Source: a bacterium
GTDB lineage: Bacteria; Patescibacteriota; Minisyncoccia; Portnoybacterales; JAKAHB01
Direction of reading: 5' to 3'
Assembly: GCA_021815315.1 (NCBI GenBank)
Contig: JAKAHB010000002.1
Coordinates: 6,427-70,426 of the forward strand
DNA length: 64,000 nt
The notes below the pieces were generated by a model, which saw only the letters and a program-made list of their open reading frames with translations, was not told where the DNA came from and searched no databases. Shown in pieces: positions 1-9,775 of this stretch (position 1 is the first letter of the stretch; every line of letters starts with the position of its first letter). The translations under genes and the position numbers were made by a program.

Positions 1-1100
1 CAAATTCCTTGCAACATCGGGTTGTCCCAATCAAAATCCTTGGTAATGTTTATCGTCGGAATGGGAAAAGTGAAAACCCGGCCCTTGGCGTCGCCATTTT
101 GCATTACTTCGGCCAAGGCCTTATTCAGCAGTAAAACTTCTTCTTGAAAATCTCCGTAGGTTTCTTTCTGCGGCAAACCACCGATAATCACCGGCTGCTT
201 GGCAAAACTGCCGGAAACCTTAATATCCAGAGTGATGTTGGTGAAAGGAGTTTGAAAACCAACGCGAGTAGGAATATTGATGTTAAACATGAACTCCTGC
301 AGGGCTTGCTTGACGCCTTTATAGTCAAGACCGTCATAGCGAATAAACGGAGCCAGCAGAGTGTCAAAATTGGAAAAAGCCTGGGCGCCGGCGGCTTCAC
401 CTTGCAGCGTATAGAAAAAATTAACTATTTGCCCCAGGGCCGTTCTAAAGTGTTTGGGCGGAACAGATTCAATTTTCCCAAACACTCCGCCAAAACCGCG
501 AGTCAACAAGTCGTATAAATCCCAACCGCAACAATAAGGCGCCAGAATGTCCAAGTCGTGGATGTGGAGATCGCCGTTTTTTACCGCCTCCCTGATTTCT
601 TGCGGATAAATTCTGTTCAACCAATATTTTTTAGTAACCGAAGAAGCAATATAATTATTGAGTCCCTGCAAAGAATAAGCCATGTTACTGTTTTCGTTCA
701 CCTGCCAATCCATCTCTTTCAGATATTTGTCCACCATGCCCACCGTTTCATCAATCGCTTCGCCCACTTCGCGCATCTTGCGGCGTTGTTCGCGGTAGAG
801 GATATAGGCTTTCGCCGTTTTGGCGAAACCCTCCTCAATTAAAACCTCTTCAACAATATCTTGGATTTCTTCCACTTTCGGCTGCTCGTTTTTTTTGAAG
901 CGCAAGTTTAAAAGCTTGATTACTTTTTTAGCCAGGGCTCGGGATTGCGGCCCATCGCCTTGTTGAGTGGCGGTAATCGCTTTATGAACCGCTTCTTCAA
1001 CTTTGGTAAAATCAAAATCAACCACTCGTCCATCTCGTTTTTGGATATGAGCGATGTGGTTGGGGAAAGACTTGTCCAATTTCTTGTTGGCAGGAACCAT
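1..1100 (-). CDS. nrdD: anaerobic (class III) ribonucleoside-triphosphate reductase, N-terminal part; 3' end runs off window
   Basis: Hand translation of the minus strand from the CAT at 1098-1100 gives an N-terminal ATP-cone-like segment (HIQKRDGRVVDFDFTKVEEAVHKA) followed by class III RNR-like sequence. There is no stop before the window edge, so it is missing from the ORF track. Confidence 0.6.
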   Translation of the reverse strand, partial: MVPANKKLDKSFPNHIAHIQKRDGRVVDFDFTKVEEAVHKAITATQQGDGPQSRALAKKVIKLLNLRFKKNEQPKVEEIQDIVEEVLIEEGFAKTAKAYILYREQRRKMREVGEAIDETVGMVDKYLKEMDWQVNENSNMAYSLQGLNNYIASSVTKKYWLNRIYPQEIREAVKNGDLHIHDLDILAPYCCGWDLYDLLTRGFGGVFGKIESVPPKHFRTALGQIVNFFYTLQGEAAGAQAFSNFDTLLAPFIRYDGLDYKGVKQALQEFMFNINIPTRVGFQTPFTNITLDIKVSGSFAKQPVIIGGLPQKETYGDFQEEVLLLNKALAEVMQNGDAKGRVFTFPIPTINITKDFDWDNPMLQGI

Positions 1101-1445
1101 ATTTTTCTAGTGATGATTAATTATCTTGAGAGAGCCAACCCAAAGGGGCGTTGACCAAACAGCCGCTTAATATTCAAAAATTTGCTCCTTTTTATCCAAT
1201 CAACGCTAAACACGGCGCAAATTTCTGAATATTTTGCAACAGAACAAAACCCATTTGACCTTTTAAACAAATGGGGCAGAAAATTAAAACGTTAAAAAAT
1301 AACCCGACGCTTTCAACAAATACATTATAACTCATTTTAAAAAGCCACGCAATTTATCCCCAAAATGGGGATAACTCAGACGCTCCCAGTTTCCGAAAAG
1401 ACCACGCCTGATGAGCCAGCTGACGATTTTAAGGATTGTTCAACT

Positions 1446-1472
1446 AAAAAACCGCCCCGAGGGCGGTTTTTT
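1446..1472 (-). terminator. intrinsic terminator downstream of ftsZ
   Basis: aaaaaaccgccc-cga-gggcggtttttt GC hairpin flanked by A/T runs, readable on both strands. Confidence 0.7.
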
Positions 1473-1486
1473 AGTTGAACTTGGTT

Positions 1487-2707
1487 TCAACGATTTATTT
1501 TTTTTCTGATAAAAGCCGGAATGTCCCATTCGGAGTCTTTGTCGTCCAGCGCGCTTGCCCTGGCTTCAAAATTTTTCTTGATCGGAGCTTTGGTCGCGGC
1601 TTTCTTTCTTTGTTTTTCTTCTTCAATCCTTGTCTCTTCTCTTTCCAGGCGCTCCGCCCGTTCATCTTTTTTTACCGGCGCCGGACGTTCTTCTTCCTCA
1701 TAACTAGTGCGGCTGTAATTTAAATTGGCCAAAGGCGAATCGTCTTCGTCCTCGCCGGCAAAACCGGTGGCGATAACGGTAATTTTTATCTCGCCTTTCT
1801 TGATTTTGTCGTCGGTCACGGCGCCAAAAATAACTTTGGCATCGGGGTCAATTGATTCGGTAATGATTTTGGCCGCCTCATTGATTTCGGCCATGGTCAG
1901 ATCGCTACCGCCGGAGACATTAAACAAAACTCCTTTGGCACCATCAATGGAAATTTCAAGCAACGGAGAATTAATCGCCATCTTAGCCGCTTCGGTCGCT
2001 CGGTCTTCTCCCGTGGCCCGGCCAATGCCCATCAGGGCCGAGCCTGCTTCTTGCATGATGGCTTTTACATCGGCAAAGTCAACATTGACCATGCCTGGCT
2101 TGACAATCAAATCGGAAATGCCCTGCACGCCTTGGCGCAAAACATCATCAACAATTTTAAAACCTTCCAGCAGTGACGTGTTCTTATCAATGATGTGCAG
2201 CAGTTTGTCGTTGGGAATGGTGATTAGAGCGTCTACTTTGTCTTGGAGATAATGCAGTCCTTCTTCGGCTAATCTCCAACGCTGTCTGCCTTCAAAAGAA
2301 AAGGGTCTGGTAACAACGGCGATAGTCAGCGCGCCGGCGTCTTTGGCCGCTTCGGCCACCACTGGACCGGCGCCGGTTCCAACACCGCCACCCAGCCCAT
2401 AGGTGACAAAAACCAAATCCGCTCCTTTAACAATTTCTTGGATTTCATCTCTGTTTTCTTCCGCGGCCTGGCGACCAATATCCGGATTCATGCCAGCACC
2501 TAACCCCTTGGTCAGGTTCTTTCCGATCAGCAATTTATGTGGAGCCTGACAATGATGCAAGTCTTGAGCGTCCGCGTTAACCGCCACAAACTCCACTCCT
2601 TGAATTTTAGAGGCAACCATTCTAGAAAGCGCGTGATTCCCCCCGCCGCCAACACCAATAACTTTGATTTTAGCGAAAGTTTCAATGTCCGGTTTAACTT
2701 GAGCCAT
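1487..2707 (-). CDS. ftsZ: cell division GTPase FtsZ
   Basis: 406 aa with the tubulin/FtsZ glycine-rich signature (GLGGGVGTGAGPVVAE) and N-terminal VGGGGNHAL. Confidence 0.95.
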   Translation of the reverse strand: MAQVKPDIETFAKIKVIGVGGGGNHALSRMVASKIQGVEFVAVNADAQDLHHCQAPHKLLIGKNLTKGLGAGMNPDIGRQAAEENRDEIQEIVKGADLVFVTYGLGGGVGTGAGPVVAEAAKDAGALTIAVVTRPFSFEGRQRWRLAEEGLHYLQDKVDALITIPNDKLLHIIDKNTSLLEGFKIVDDVLRQGVQGISDLIVKPGMVNVDFADVKAIMQEAGSALMGIGRATGEDRATEAAKMAINSPLLEISIDGAKGVLFNVSGGSDLTMAEINEAAKIITESIDPDAKVIFGAVTDDKIKKGEIKITVIATGFAGEDEDDSPLANLNYSRTSYEEEERPAPVKKDERAERLEREETRIEEEKQRKKAATKAPIKKNFEARASALDDKDSEWDIPAFIRKKINR

Positions 2708-2829
2708 AAAAATGTTGAATTAATACTTGACATTTAATCTTAGTGCAGAGCGCCTTGGTTGTCAAGGACGTGGCCAGCCGGGCTGGCGCCACAAATTACT
2801 CGATGTTTACCACCTGCCACTTGCCGCAA

Positions 2830-4068
2830 TTACGGCATAAATTCCTTTAACCACTTCTTCATTTTTCCCACAGTCCCGCCAAAAGAGGGCAGGAGGGGCA
2901 AATTTAAAAGCTTATTTCTCCCCGGTTCCGTTCCTTCAGCCAGCCAAGTTATTAAACCCGCGGCCGTAGCGAAAGAAGGATCGTCAATTTTTTCCACCAC
3001 GCCGTCAAATTCCGAAGGAAAACCGATTTGTATTGGTAGTTTCAACTTATCTTTCATCAAATCGCATAATCCTGGCAATTTAGCTCCGCCTCCCACTAAG
3101 ATCACACCGGCGGGCAAAAGTCCTTCCCGGTCAATTTTTTTGAGTTCTTCGTTGATAAGTTCCGCCAATTCAGCCACTCTCGCCTCAATAATTTCGGCTA
3201 ATTCTTTCTTGGAATGCTTACCCTCGCCGCCCAATTTTTCCAAGTCAACCATGTCTTTGCGATCAATATCCCCGGGTAAACACGTGCCGAATTCAAGTTT
3301 AACTTTTTCAGCCACATCGACAGAAGTTCGTAGCAAAATAGCGATGTCGTTGGTTATGTGCGAACTGCCCACCGGCAAAATTTTTGTTTGCAAGATGTCC
3401 CCTTCTTCAAAGACAACCAGACCAGTAGTCCCGCCTCCAAAATCAACCACCAACGCTCCCAACTCTTTTTGCCTTTTGGTCAAAACAGCGGTGGCCGCCG
3501 CTAACGGACTGACAACTAGGCTAGAAACATCCAGCCCGGCTTCTTCCAAGGCTTTTTTTAGATTTTTGATATAAGGAGTGGAGCTGTCCACCAATAAAAC
3601 ATCCACTTCCAACCTTACCCCGCTCATACCCACCGGGTCTTTAATGGCTGGCTGTCCATCCACCGTAAAACGTTGCGGAATTACATGCACGATTTCTCTG
3701 TTTTGCGGCAAAGAGATGGCCGCAGCCGCTGAAACAGCCCGCTTGGTATCCTCATGAGAGATTTCCCCGTCAGCCCGAGAAACAGCAATCACGCCCTTGC
3801 TTTGGCGTGATTCAATATCGCTCCCCCCAACATTTACAATGACTTCTTCAATAGTGATCCCGCTGGTCCTTTCGGCGCTTTCCACAGCAGCAACAATATT
3901 CTTAACCGCCTCTTCAACGTCAACCACAACTCCACGGCGCAAACCAAAAGAGGGCGAGTGCCCAATGCCCATAATTTGGGGCTTACTTTTTTCGTCTTTT
4001 ATTTGGGCAACAACGCAACGGATATTGGACGTCCCAATATCAAGCCCGACAATATTTTGCTCGCGCAC
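2830..4068 (-). CDS. ftsA: cell division protein FtsA (actin-like ATPase)
   Basis: 412 aa with N-terminal GLDIGTSNIRCVV actin-fold phosphate-1 motif, lying immediately upstream of ftsZ. Confidence 0.9.
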   Translation of the reverse strand: MREQNIVGLDIGTSNIRCVVAQIKDEKSKPQIMGIGHSPSFGLRRGVVVDVEEAVKNIVAAVESAERTSGITIEEVIVNVGGSDIESRQSKGVIAVSRADGEISHEDTKRAVSAAAAISLPQNREIVHVIPQRFTVDGQPAIKDPVGMSGVRLEVDVLLVDSSTPYIKNLKKALEEAGLDVSSLVVSPLAAATAVLTKRQKELGALVVDFGGGTTGLVVFEEGDILQTKILPVGSSHITNDIAILLRTSVDVAEKVKLEFGTCLPGDIDRKDMVDLEKLGGEGKHSKKELAEIIEARVAELAELINEELKKIDREGLLPAGVILVGGGAKLPGLCDLMKDKLKLPIQIGFPSEFDGVVEKIDDPSFATAAGLITWLAEGTEPGRNKLLNLPLLPSFGGTVGKMKKWLKEFMP

Positions 4069-4077
4069 AGTTTTTCC

Positions 4078-4500
4078 TTACTTTAATTTTTTGAGCAATT
4101 GTTCTTGTTTCTCCAACATCAATTCAGCTTCCACCTTGTTTTGCTCGTGATCATATCCTAACAAGTGTAAAATACCATGAACCAATATTCTGGTCAATTC
4201 AACCTGAAAATCTTCCCGAGTCGCTTTGGCTTGACGAGCAATCTGCCGAGGGCAAATAAAGATTTCTCCGGAAACAACACCTTTTGGTTTCTTCTCCGCC
4301 CAAGAAAAAGACAAAACGTCCGTAACTTGGTCTTGTTTCCGCCATTGGTGGTTTATAGAGCGCATTCTTTGCTCTCCCACCAGCACCAGCGACAAGTCTT
4401 TTCCTTGGGCTCGAGTCAATTTGATAATTTTAGCGGCCAAAACCGCCACCTTTTTTTTCAGGCCGATTTGACGAGTAAAATTGACAATCTCAATCGCCAT
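4078..4500 (-). CDS. ybeY: endoribonuclease YbeY (rRNA maturation)
   Basis: 140 aa with the HGILHLLGYDHE metal-binding H3 motif. Confidence 0.85.
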   Translation of the reverse strand: MAIEIVNFTRQIGLKKKVAVLAAKIIKLTRAQGKDLSLVLVGEQRMRSINHQWRKQDQVTDVLSFSWAEKKPKGVVSGEIFICPRQIARQAKATREDFQVELTRILVHGILHLLGYDHEQNKVEAELMLEKQEQLLKKLK

Positions 4501-4979
4501 TAATTCTCCCCGCCGGCTAAGGCATTTTTGACCACCGTGGAAACCAAGTTGCCATCGGCCTGGCCTTTAAGTTCTTTCATCACCGCCGCCATAACTGTCC
4601 CTATGTCTTTGGCGCAAGAGGCTCCGTTTTTTGCCACCACCGACCGAACAACCTTTTTTATTTCTTCCTCGGACAGCTGCTCCGGTAAATAGGGCCAAAT
4701 GACGTCTATTTCTTCTTGCTCTTTGGCCGCCAGTTCCGGACGTCCTCCCTGTTCATATTGCTTGATTGCTTCTTTTCTTTTTTTTACTTCGCTTTGTAGC
4801 AAGGTTAAAATTTCTTCGTTAGTCAGTTGTTGTTCTTCTTCCGTTTTGCCCGCCGCTCTTTTTTCCAATTCCCTGTTTTTGACAGCGCTAAGCAGCAAAC
4901 GCAAAACGCCCACTTTTTTTTCTTCTTGGTTTTTGAAAGCGACTTTGAGCTCTTCGGCTAATTGATCTCTCAGGGACAT
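4500..4979 (-). CDS. GatB/YqeY domain protein
   Basis: 159 aa, helical and Lys/Glu-rich; its position between ybeY and rpsU is the typical yqeY neighbourhood. Confidence 0.65.
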   Translation of the reverse strand: MSLRDQLAEELKVAFKNQEEKKVGVLRLLLSAVKNRELEKRAAGKTEEEQQLTNEEILTLLQSEVKKRKEAIKQYEQGGRPELAAKEQEEIDVIWPYLPEQLSEEEIKKVVRSVVAKNGASCAKDIGTVMAAVMKELKGQADGNLVSTVVKNALAGGEN

Positions 4980-4987
4980 TTTTTTGT

Positions 4988-5263
4988 TTATAATTCTCCT
5001 CTTTGTTGCAGACGACGAATATGCTCTTTGGGCATCAGCTGTCCTTCTTCCAACAGTCCCAGTTTTGTCAATCTTTGTCTTTCTCCTCTTAACACTTCTC
5101 GGCGTTGAGCGCTGGCTCTTAATTGACGGCGATTCTTTTTCTTGCTGAAAAAACGCTTTTTCCTGGCCTCAATCAAAACACCGCTTTGCTGAACGCGTCG
5201 GGAAAAACGCCGCAATAGCGAAATAGTCGTCTCTCTTTCTTTCTTTTTCATTATTATAGGCAT
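4988..5263 (-). CDS. rpsU: 30S ribosomal protein S21
   Basis: Reads MPIIMKKKE...LLRRFSRRVQQSGVLIEARKKRFF. A strong SD (AAGGAGGTG) lies 9 nt upstream of the ATG at 5261-5263; the ORF-track start at 5272 is an upstream GTG. Confidence 0.85.
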   Translation of the reverse strand: MPIIMKKKERETTISLLRRFSRRVQQSGVLIEARKKRFFSKKKNRRQLRASAQRREVLRGERQRLTKLGLLEEGQLMPKEHIRRLQQRGEL

Positions 5264-5401
5264 ATAAAACACCTCCTTTTCAAATTACGGACTTACGGTT
5301 TGTCACAGTTCTACGGCTCATTCTTGACGATTGCCGTTTTATTCTCATCCGTGTCAATCCGTAAGCCCGGATATCTCGTGAATGAATATCCGTAATTATT
5401 T

Positions 5402-5752
5402 TTATTCTTCAAACTTTTTTCCAGCCAACAAATGCAAGTGTAAATGATCAATCATCTGCCCCCCACCACGACCAACATTGAATATCAGCTTATAACCGTC
5501 GGCGGCAATTCCCTTCTGTTCGGCCATCTTTTTGGCAACCAAAAACATTTTGCCCACCAAAGCGGAGTCTTCTTCCGCCAACTCGTTTACCGATTTAATA
5601 TGTTTACAAGGCACAATCAGCCAGTGCGTCGGGGCCTTGGGATGAAGGTCGGGGAAAACAACCAGGTCCCGGTCTTGATACAAGAAATCGGTTGGGACTT
5701 CCCGGCTGCAAATTTTACAGAAGACACAATCACTGGCGTTCATCTGGCGCAT
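5402..5752 (-). CDS. HIT-family (histidine triad) nucleotide hydrolase
   Basis: 116 aa with the HLHLHLL histidine-triad motif and a CxxC near the N-terminus. Confidence 0.85.
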   Translation of the reverse strand: MRQMNASDCVFCKICSREVPTDFLYQDRDLVVFPDLHPKAPTHWLIVPCKHIKSVNELAEEDSALVGKMFLVAKKMAEQKGIAADGYKLIFNVGRGGGQMIDHLHLHLLAGKKFEE

Positions 5753-5778
5753 TTGAATGACCTTAACTTATTTTGCTT

Positions 5779-7056
5779 TTACAATCTCTTTTTTAATTCT
5801 TTGATAACCTTGCTCAAAGGCACAATTTCTTGAACCCCGGAATCCATCTCGCGGATGATAGTGGTATCGTCCAGCGCTTCTTGTTGCCCGAAGATTAAAG
5901 CGATTTTTGCCTGAAGCTTGTCGGCCAATTTCAACTGAGCCTTGATAGAGTCCCGGGAGAAACTTTCCGCCACCGAAATTTTATTGCGCAGCAGCTCTTC
6001 ATAAAGCTTCAGTCCTTTTCTTTTCGCTAGATTGCCCAGCTGTAACAAAAAAACTTCCGGGGCCGCTCTTCCCGACACTTTTACGCCCCTTTTTTTCATC
6101 TCTCCGATAATTCTTTCAACGCCCAAGGCCAATCCAACCGCCGGTGTCTCTTTGCCTCCCAACAATTTTATCAAGCCGTCATATCTGCCGCCGCCGCCCA
6201 GGGCCAGCGATTTTTTGTCTTCTTGCTGGGGCAAAAAGAATTCAAAAACATTGCGGTTATAATAATCAAGCCCGCGGACCAAGTGGCTGTCAAGATAATA
6301 CGAGATTTCCAATTCGTCCAAATAATCCAGGGTTTCCTTAAAGTGTTCCTTGCAACCATCGCAAAGATAGTCAACCATCACCGGCGCTTGAGAGATAACA
6401 TCTTGACATTTTTCGTTTTTGCAATCAAGCACCCTCAAGGGGTTTTTCTTTAAACGAACCTTGCAATCGGGGCAAATCTTTTTAGTGTTGCGGCGATAAT
6501 AATCAAGCAAAGCTTTGCGATACAAACCGCGGCAGTCTTTGCAACCGATACTGTTAATGTGCAAGACAACTTCTTTCAATCCTATTTTTTTCAAAAACCA
6601 AAACGCGACTTGAATTATTTGGGCGTCCAACACCGCATCGGCGGAACCAAAAACTTCAAAATCAATCTGGTGCGACTGACGGTATCTCCCGGCTTGAGGC
6701 TGCTCGTAACGGAAGATCGGTCCGACGCTCCAAAGCTTTAAGGGTTGGGAGAGAGAGAATAAGCCATGTTCAATAAAGGCCCGCGCGACACCAGCCGTAA
6801 GTTCCGGACGCAAGGCAACCTTGTCTCGGCCCTTGGTGGAGAAGGAATACATTTCTTTCTCCACAATGTCCGTTCCCAGCCCGATGCCTCTGGCAAACAA
6901 TTCCTGCTCCTCAATCAGGGGCGTGTCAATTCTCAAAAAACCAAAATCAGCCGCCGTATCTTGCGCCACTTTTCTTATTTTGTCCCAATACGTTTGGTCT
7001 TGGGGCAAAATATCGTAGGTTCCTTTTGAGGCTTGGATAATTTTTTTCTTGGACAT
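5779..7056 (-). CDS. hisS: histidyl-tRNA synthetase
   Basis: 425 aa class II aaRS with HisRS-like motifs and an internal Cys-rich insertion (CPDC...CKNEKC...CDGC). Confidence 0.85.
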   Translation of the reverse strand: MSKKKIIQASKGTYDILPQDQTYWDKIRKVAQDTAADFGFLRIDTPLIEEQELFARGIGLGTDIVEKEMYSFSTKGRDKVALRPELTAGVARAFIEHGLFSLSQPLKLWSVGPIFRYEQPQAGRYRQSHQIDFEVFGSADAVLDAQIIQVAFWFLKKIGLKEVVLHINSIGCKDCRGLYRKALLDYYRRNTKKICPDCKVRLKKNPLRVLDCKNEKCQDVISQAPVMVDYLCDGCKEHFKETLDYLDELEISYYLDSHLVRGLDYYNRNVFEFFLPQQEDKKSLALGGGGRYDGLIKLLGGKETPAVGLALGVERIIGEMKKRGVKVSGRAAPEVFLLQLGNLAKRKGLKLYEELLRNKISVAESFSRDSIKAQLKLADKLQAKIALIFGQQEALDDTTIIREMDSGVQEIVPLSKVIKELKKRL

Positions 7057-7066
7057 AAGATAGTAA

Positions 7067-7618
7067 CTAGTAGCTGGGCGCCTCCATCACTTTGGCCGTA
7101 CCAAATGGCCAAGCGCGCAACCAAACTTTCCCGATAATTAACTCTTTTTTTACCGGCCCCCATTTCCTGGAGTCATAACTGGCCGAACGATTGTCACCCA
7201 TCACAAAATATTCATCAGCCGACAATTTCTGCCTGCCCTCAAACGGAGTAAAAATATCTTTGTTCAGATATTCGCTCTCGTTCAATGCTTGGCCGTCTGG
7301 GTGCTGTTGGCTATAGATAATAACTTTACCACCAGCCACTTCTACTGTTTCTCCCGGCAAACCGATGATTCTCTTAATGTAATATTGGGAAGGATCCAGC
7401 GGATATTTAAAAACAATAACATCTCCACGCTGGGGCGGAGAAAGTCTGTAACTAATCTCGTTTATCACCAAATATTGCCCATCGTCGTAATTAGGCTCCA
7501 TGGAAGCTCCTTTGACAAAAAAAGGCTTGACCAGAAAGTAGCGCACCGAGCCGAAAATAACCAGGGCAACCAAAAAAATCTTGGCTAAATCCAAAACGAA
7601 CAGAAAAAATGATTTCAT
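7067..7618 (-). CDS. lepB: signal peptidase I
   Basis: N-terminal TM segment, the GASMEP catalytic Ser box, and GDNRSASYDSR. Confidence 0.85.
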   Translation of the reverse strand: MKSFFLFVLDLAKIFLVALVIFGSVRYFLVKPFFVKGASMEPNYDDGQYLVINEISYRLSPPQRGDVIVFKYPLDPSQYYIKRIIGLPGETVEVAGGKVIIYSQQHPDGQALNESEYLNKDIFTPFEGRQKLSADEYFVMGDNRSASYDSRKWGPVKKELIIGKVWLRAWPFGTAKVMEAPSY

Positions 7619-7802
7619 ATCTTTTGCATTATACCTTAATTAAATGGACTTTGCAAGGCCTTTTTTTGCCTCAATTTATTCTTTTCTAGGCCGCCAGGCC
7701 TGTGGTCAGCGAGGAATTTTTGTCTTATAATGAACGTAAATGAACAGACAGTGCCAAAGTCTCAACAAAATACTGCGAGAAGATTTACTTTGGGTTAGCA
7801 AC

Positions 7803-8825
7803 ATGAGCCTCAAGAAAAAAGCTTGGGTTTTTGTCTGCTCAACGGTTCTGCTTCTGTCTATGGCTACGCTGGGCGCGTCTCTTTTCTGGCAAAAAATATC
7901 TGGAGTCCTGGCCAAAAGCCAGGCCAATGTGTTCACGGTAGTTAACCGACAAGAAGCCACGTCAACCCTGGCAGGCACGGCTCAAGCCGCTATCACCGAA
8001 ACCAAGAATATCTTGCTGGCAGGTATCCCGGGTGCCGGCAATAGCGCTCCTTTCCTCACCGACACTTTAATGGTTGCCTCAATTAAACCAGATGGGCGCA
8101 TCTATCTTTTTTCCCTCCCCCGCGATTTGCTTGTTTCCCCTCCAGACACGAGCTACTACACAAAAATTAACAGCATCTTCAGCCAATTTCGCGCCGAAGG
8201 AGACCAAGTGGCCGGGGAAAAATTGGCGACCAAGGCTTCCGCAATCTCCGGCTTGGAAATAAAGAACTTCGTCGTCGTTGATCTTAGCTTGCTCAAACAA
8301 GCAGTTGATTTTGTCGGCGGAATAGACGTAACAGTTAAAGAACGGATTACCGATTCTTGTTTCCCCGGCCCTCGTGATACTTGCCTGTCCTATTCCCTGG
8401 AGCCGGGCGACTATCATCTAAACGGCGAAGAAACTTTGAAGCTTGTCCGTTCGCGTCATTCCGGCCAGGGCGATTTTAGTCGTATTTCCAGGCAGCAACA
8501 AGTTTTGGAAGCTCTAAAAAAGAAAGTGGCCGAACAAAATTTTTTCACCAATTTAAACGCTTTCGCCCAAAACATTGGCGGCTTCTTTGAACAAACAAAA
8601 ACAAACCTGTCTCTGGCCGACCTTTGGAGTTTATGGCAAACCATAAAAAACACGGATTCGGAAAAAATTCATGCCTTTACCATCAGCAATCAGCCAGACA
8701 ACGGATTATTGCGCAGTGGCCACTTCACTTTCGGCAACGGGTCGGTCGGCTATGTTTTAACGCCAAAAGCAGGAGCGGAGAACTACGCAGAAATTCATAA
8801 TTTTATCGCGGAAATAATTAAGTGA
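7803..8825 (+). CDS. LytR-CpsA-Psr (LCP) family cell-envelope protein
   Basis: A TM anchor followed by NILLAGIPG...DTLMVASI...LFSLPRD, which is LCP-like. The probable start is the internal ATG at 7803; the ORF track begins at 7740. Confidence 0.7.
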   Translation: MSLKKKAWVFVCSTVLLLSMATLGASLFWQKISGVLAKSQANVFTVVNRQEATSTLAGTAQAAITETKNILLAGIPGAGNSAPFLTDTLMVASIKPDGRIYLFSLPRDLLVSPPDTSYYTKINSIFSQFRAEGDQVAGEKLATKASAISGLEIKNFVVVDLSLLKQAVDFVGGIDVTVKERITDSCFPGPRDTCLSYSLEPGDYHLNGEETLKLVRSRHSGQGDFSRISRQQQVLEALKKKVAEQNFFTNLNAFAQNIGGFFEQTKTNLSLADLWSLWQTIKNTDSEKIHAFTISNQPDNGLLRSGHFTFGNGSVGYVLTPKAGAENYAEIHNFIAEIIK

Positions 8826-8846
8826 AAAGTTTTAACTTGCGGCTTT

Positions 8847-8874
8847 CCGCCCGAGGCGAGTTCGCCTCGGGCGG
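8847..8874 (+). terminator. stem-loop downstream of the LCP gene
   Basis: Perfect inverted repeat ccgcccgaggcg-agtt-cgcctcgggcgg. There is no clear U-tract after it. Confidence 0.4.
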
Positions 8875-8904
8875 AAATTAGAGATTAAAAGTTACAAAAT
8901 TAAT

Positions 8905-9441
8905 ATGCGCGTTATAATTGGCCTGGGTAATCCCGGCAAAAAATATCAGAACAACCGACACAATCTGGGCTTTGTGATTATTGACGCCCTGACCCAAAAA
9001 CTGGGCGGCAGATTTGAATTAAATAAAAAATTCCAAGCCGAAATCGCTGAGACAACCTGGCACGGGGAAAAAATAATTCTAGCCAAACCGCAAACCTTTA
9101 TGAATAATTCCGGCCGGGCGACTCAAGCAATTTTAGATTTCTACAAAGAAACACCGAACAATCTGCTTGTGATCCACGACGACGTGGATATCCCCCTGGG
9201 AGAGATAAAACTGGTCATGGGCCAGGGTTCTGCCGGACACAACGGAGTAAATTCCATCATCCAGCGCTTAGGGACCAAAAACTTCCGACGCTTGCGAGCG
9301 GGCATTCAATCGGATAAACAAACGTCTTTTTGGGGCAATAAAAAACCGACTGATAAATTTGTCTTGCAAAATTTTTCTTCGGGAGAGAAAAAGAAATTGG
9401 CGGAAATCACAGAAAAAGCGGTTAGCCGACTAAACTCCTAA
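8905..9441 (+). CDS. pth: peptidyl-tRNA hydrolase
   Basis: Starts MRVIIGLGNPGKKYQNNRHNLGF. Confidence 0.9.
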   Translation: MRVIIGLGNPGKKYQNNRHNLGFVIIDALTQKLGGRFELNKKFQAEIAETTWHGEKIILAKPQTFMNNSGRATQAILDFYKETPNNLLVIHDDVDIPLGEIKLVMGQGSAGHNGVNSIIQRLGTKNFRRLRAGIQSDKQTSFWGNKKPTDKFVLQNFSSGEKKKLAEITEKAVSRLNS

Positions 9442-9456
9442 CTTTAATTTCAACCT

Positions 9457-9500
9457 AAAGACCCGTCCTTAACTAAAAGAGCGGGTCTTTAGGTTTTTTT
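9457..9500 (+). terminator. intrinsic terminator after pth
   Basis: aaagacccg...cgggtcttt hairpin followed by a T7 run. Confidence 0.75.
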
Positions 9501-9504
9501 ATTT

Positions 9505-9661
9505 TTTGTTTGGCAAGGCACTACCTGCAAGCCTCAGAAGGCGGTCCGACTAGCGGTTCCTTCCAAAATTAACAGCTACTGGCGAGAGAGTTAGGAGGGT
9601 TTTCTCTGCTTTGGCCACTCGCAGGTAGAGCGCTGCCAACAAAACTTTATCTTGTATTTGA
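9505..9661 (-). ncRNA. candidate small RNA, about 150 nt, with a GC-rich structured core
   Basis: Driven by the consensus promoter at 9668-9695. The core (9512-9625) is closed by an 8-bp helix CUACCUGC/GCAGGUAG and has internal hairpins. I see no convincing ORF and could not assign it to a known family. Confidence 0.3.
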
Positions 9662-9667
9662 TACTGT

Positions 9668-9695
9668 ATTATAGCAGAATAAAACATTTTGTCAA
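9668..9695 (-). promoter_or_regulatory. sigma-70-like promoter TTGACA-16-TATAAT
   Basis: Minus-strand reading gives TTGACAaaatgttttattctgcTATAAT. Confidence 0.5.
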
Positions 9696-9733
9696 GCGTA
9701 AGGCACTTCTTTGTCTTCTCTCCGAAAAACTGG

Positions 9734-9762
9734 TAAAAAAACCGCGGGCGTTGCACCCGCGG
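9734..9762 (-). terminator. intrinsic terminator of the GC-rich ORF at 9776-10195
   Basis: ccgcggg-cgttgca-cccgcgg hairpin with a U-run on the minus strand (plus-strand aaaaaaa at 9734-9741). Confidence 0.7.
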
Positions 9763-9775
9763 CACCAATTCAGGT

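Noticed and set aside
1725-3574. Plus-strand ORFs (175 aa, 271 aa) antisense to ftsZ and ftsA; similar antisense or overlapping ORFs inside topA, rel, ileS, mfd, leuS, parB, polX and others in the ORF track.
   Set aside because: Low-complexity Ser/Pro/Ala-rich translations lying entirely within well-supported genes on the opposite strand. Judged to be spurious shadow ORFs.
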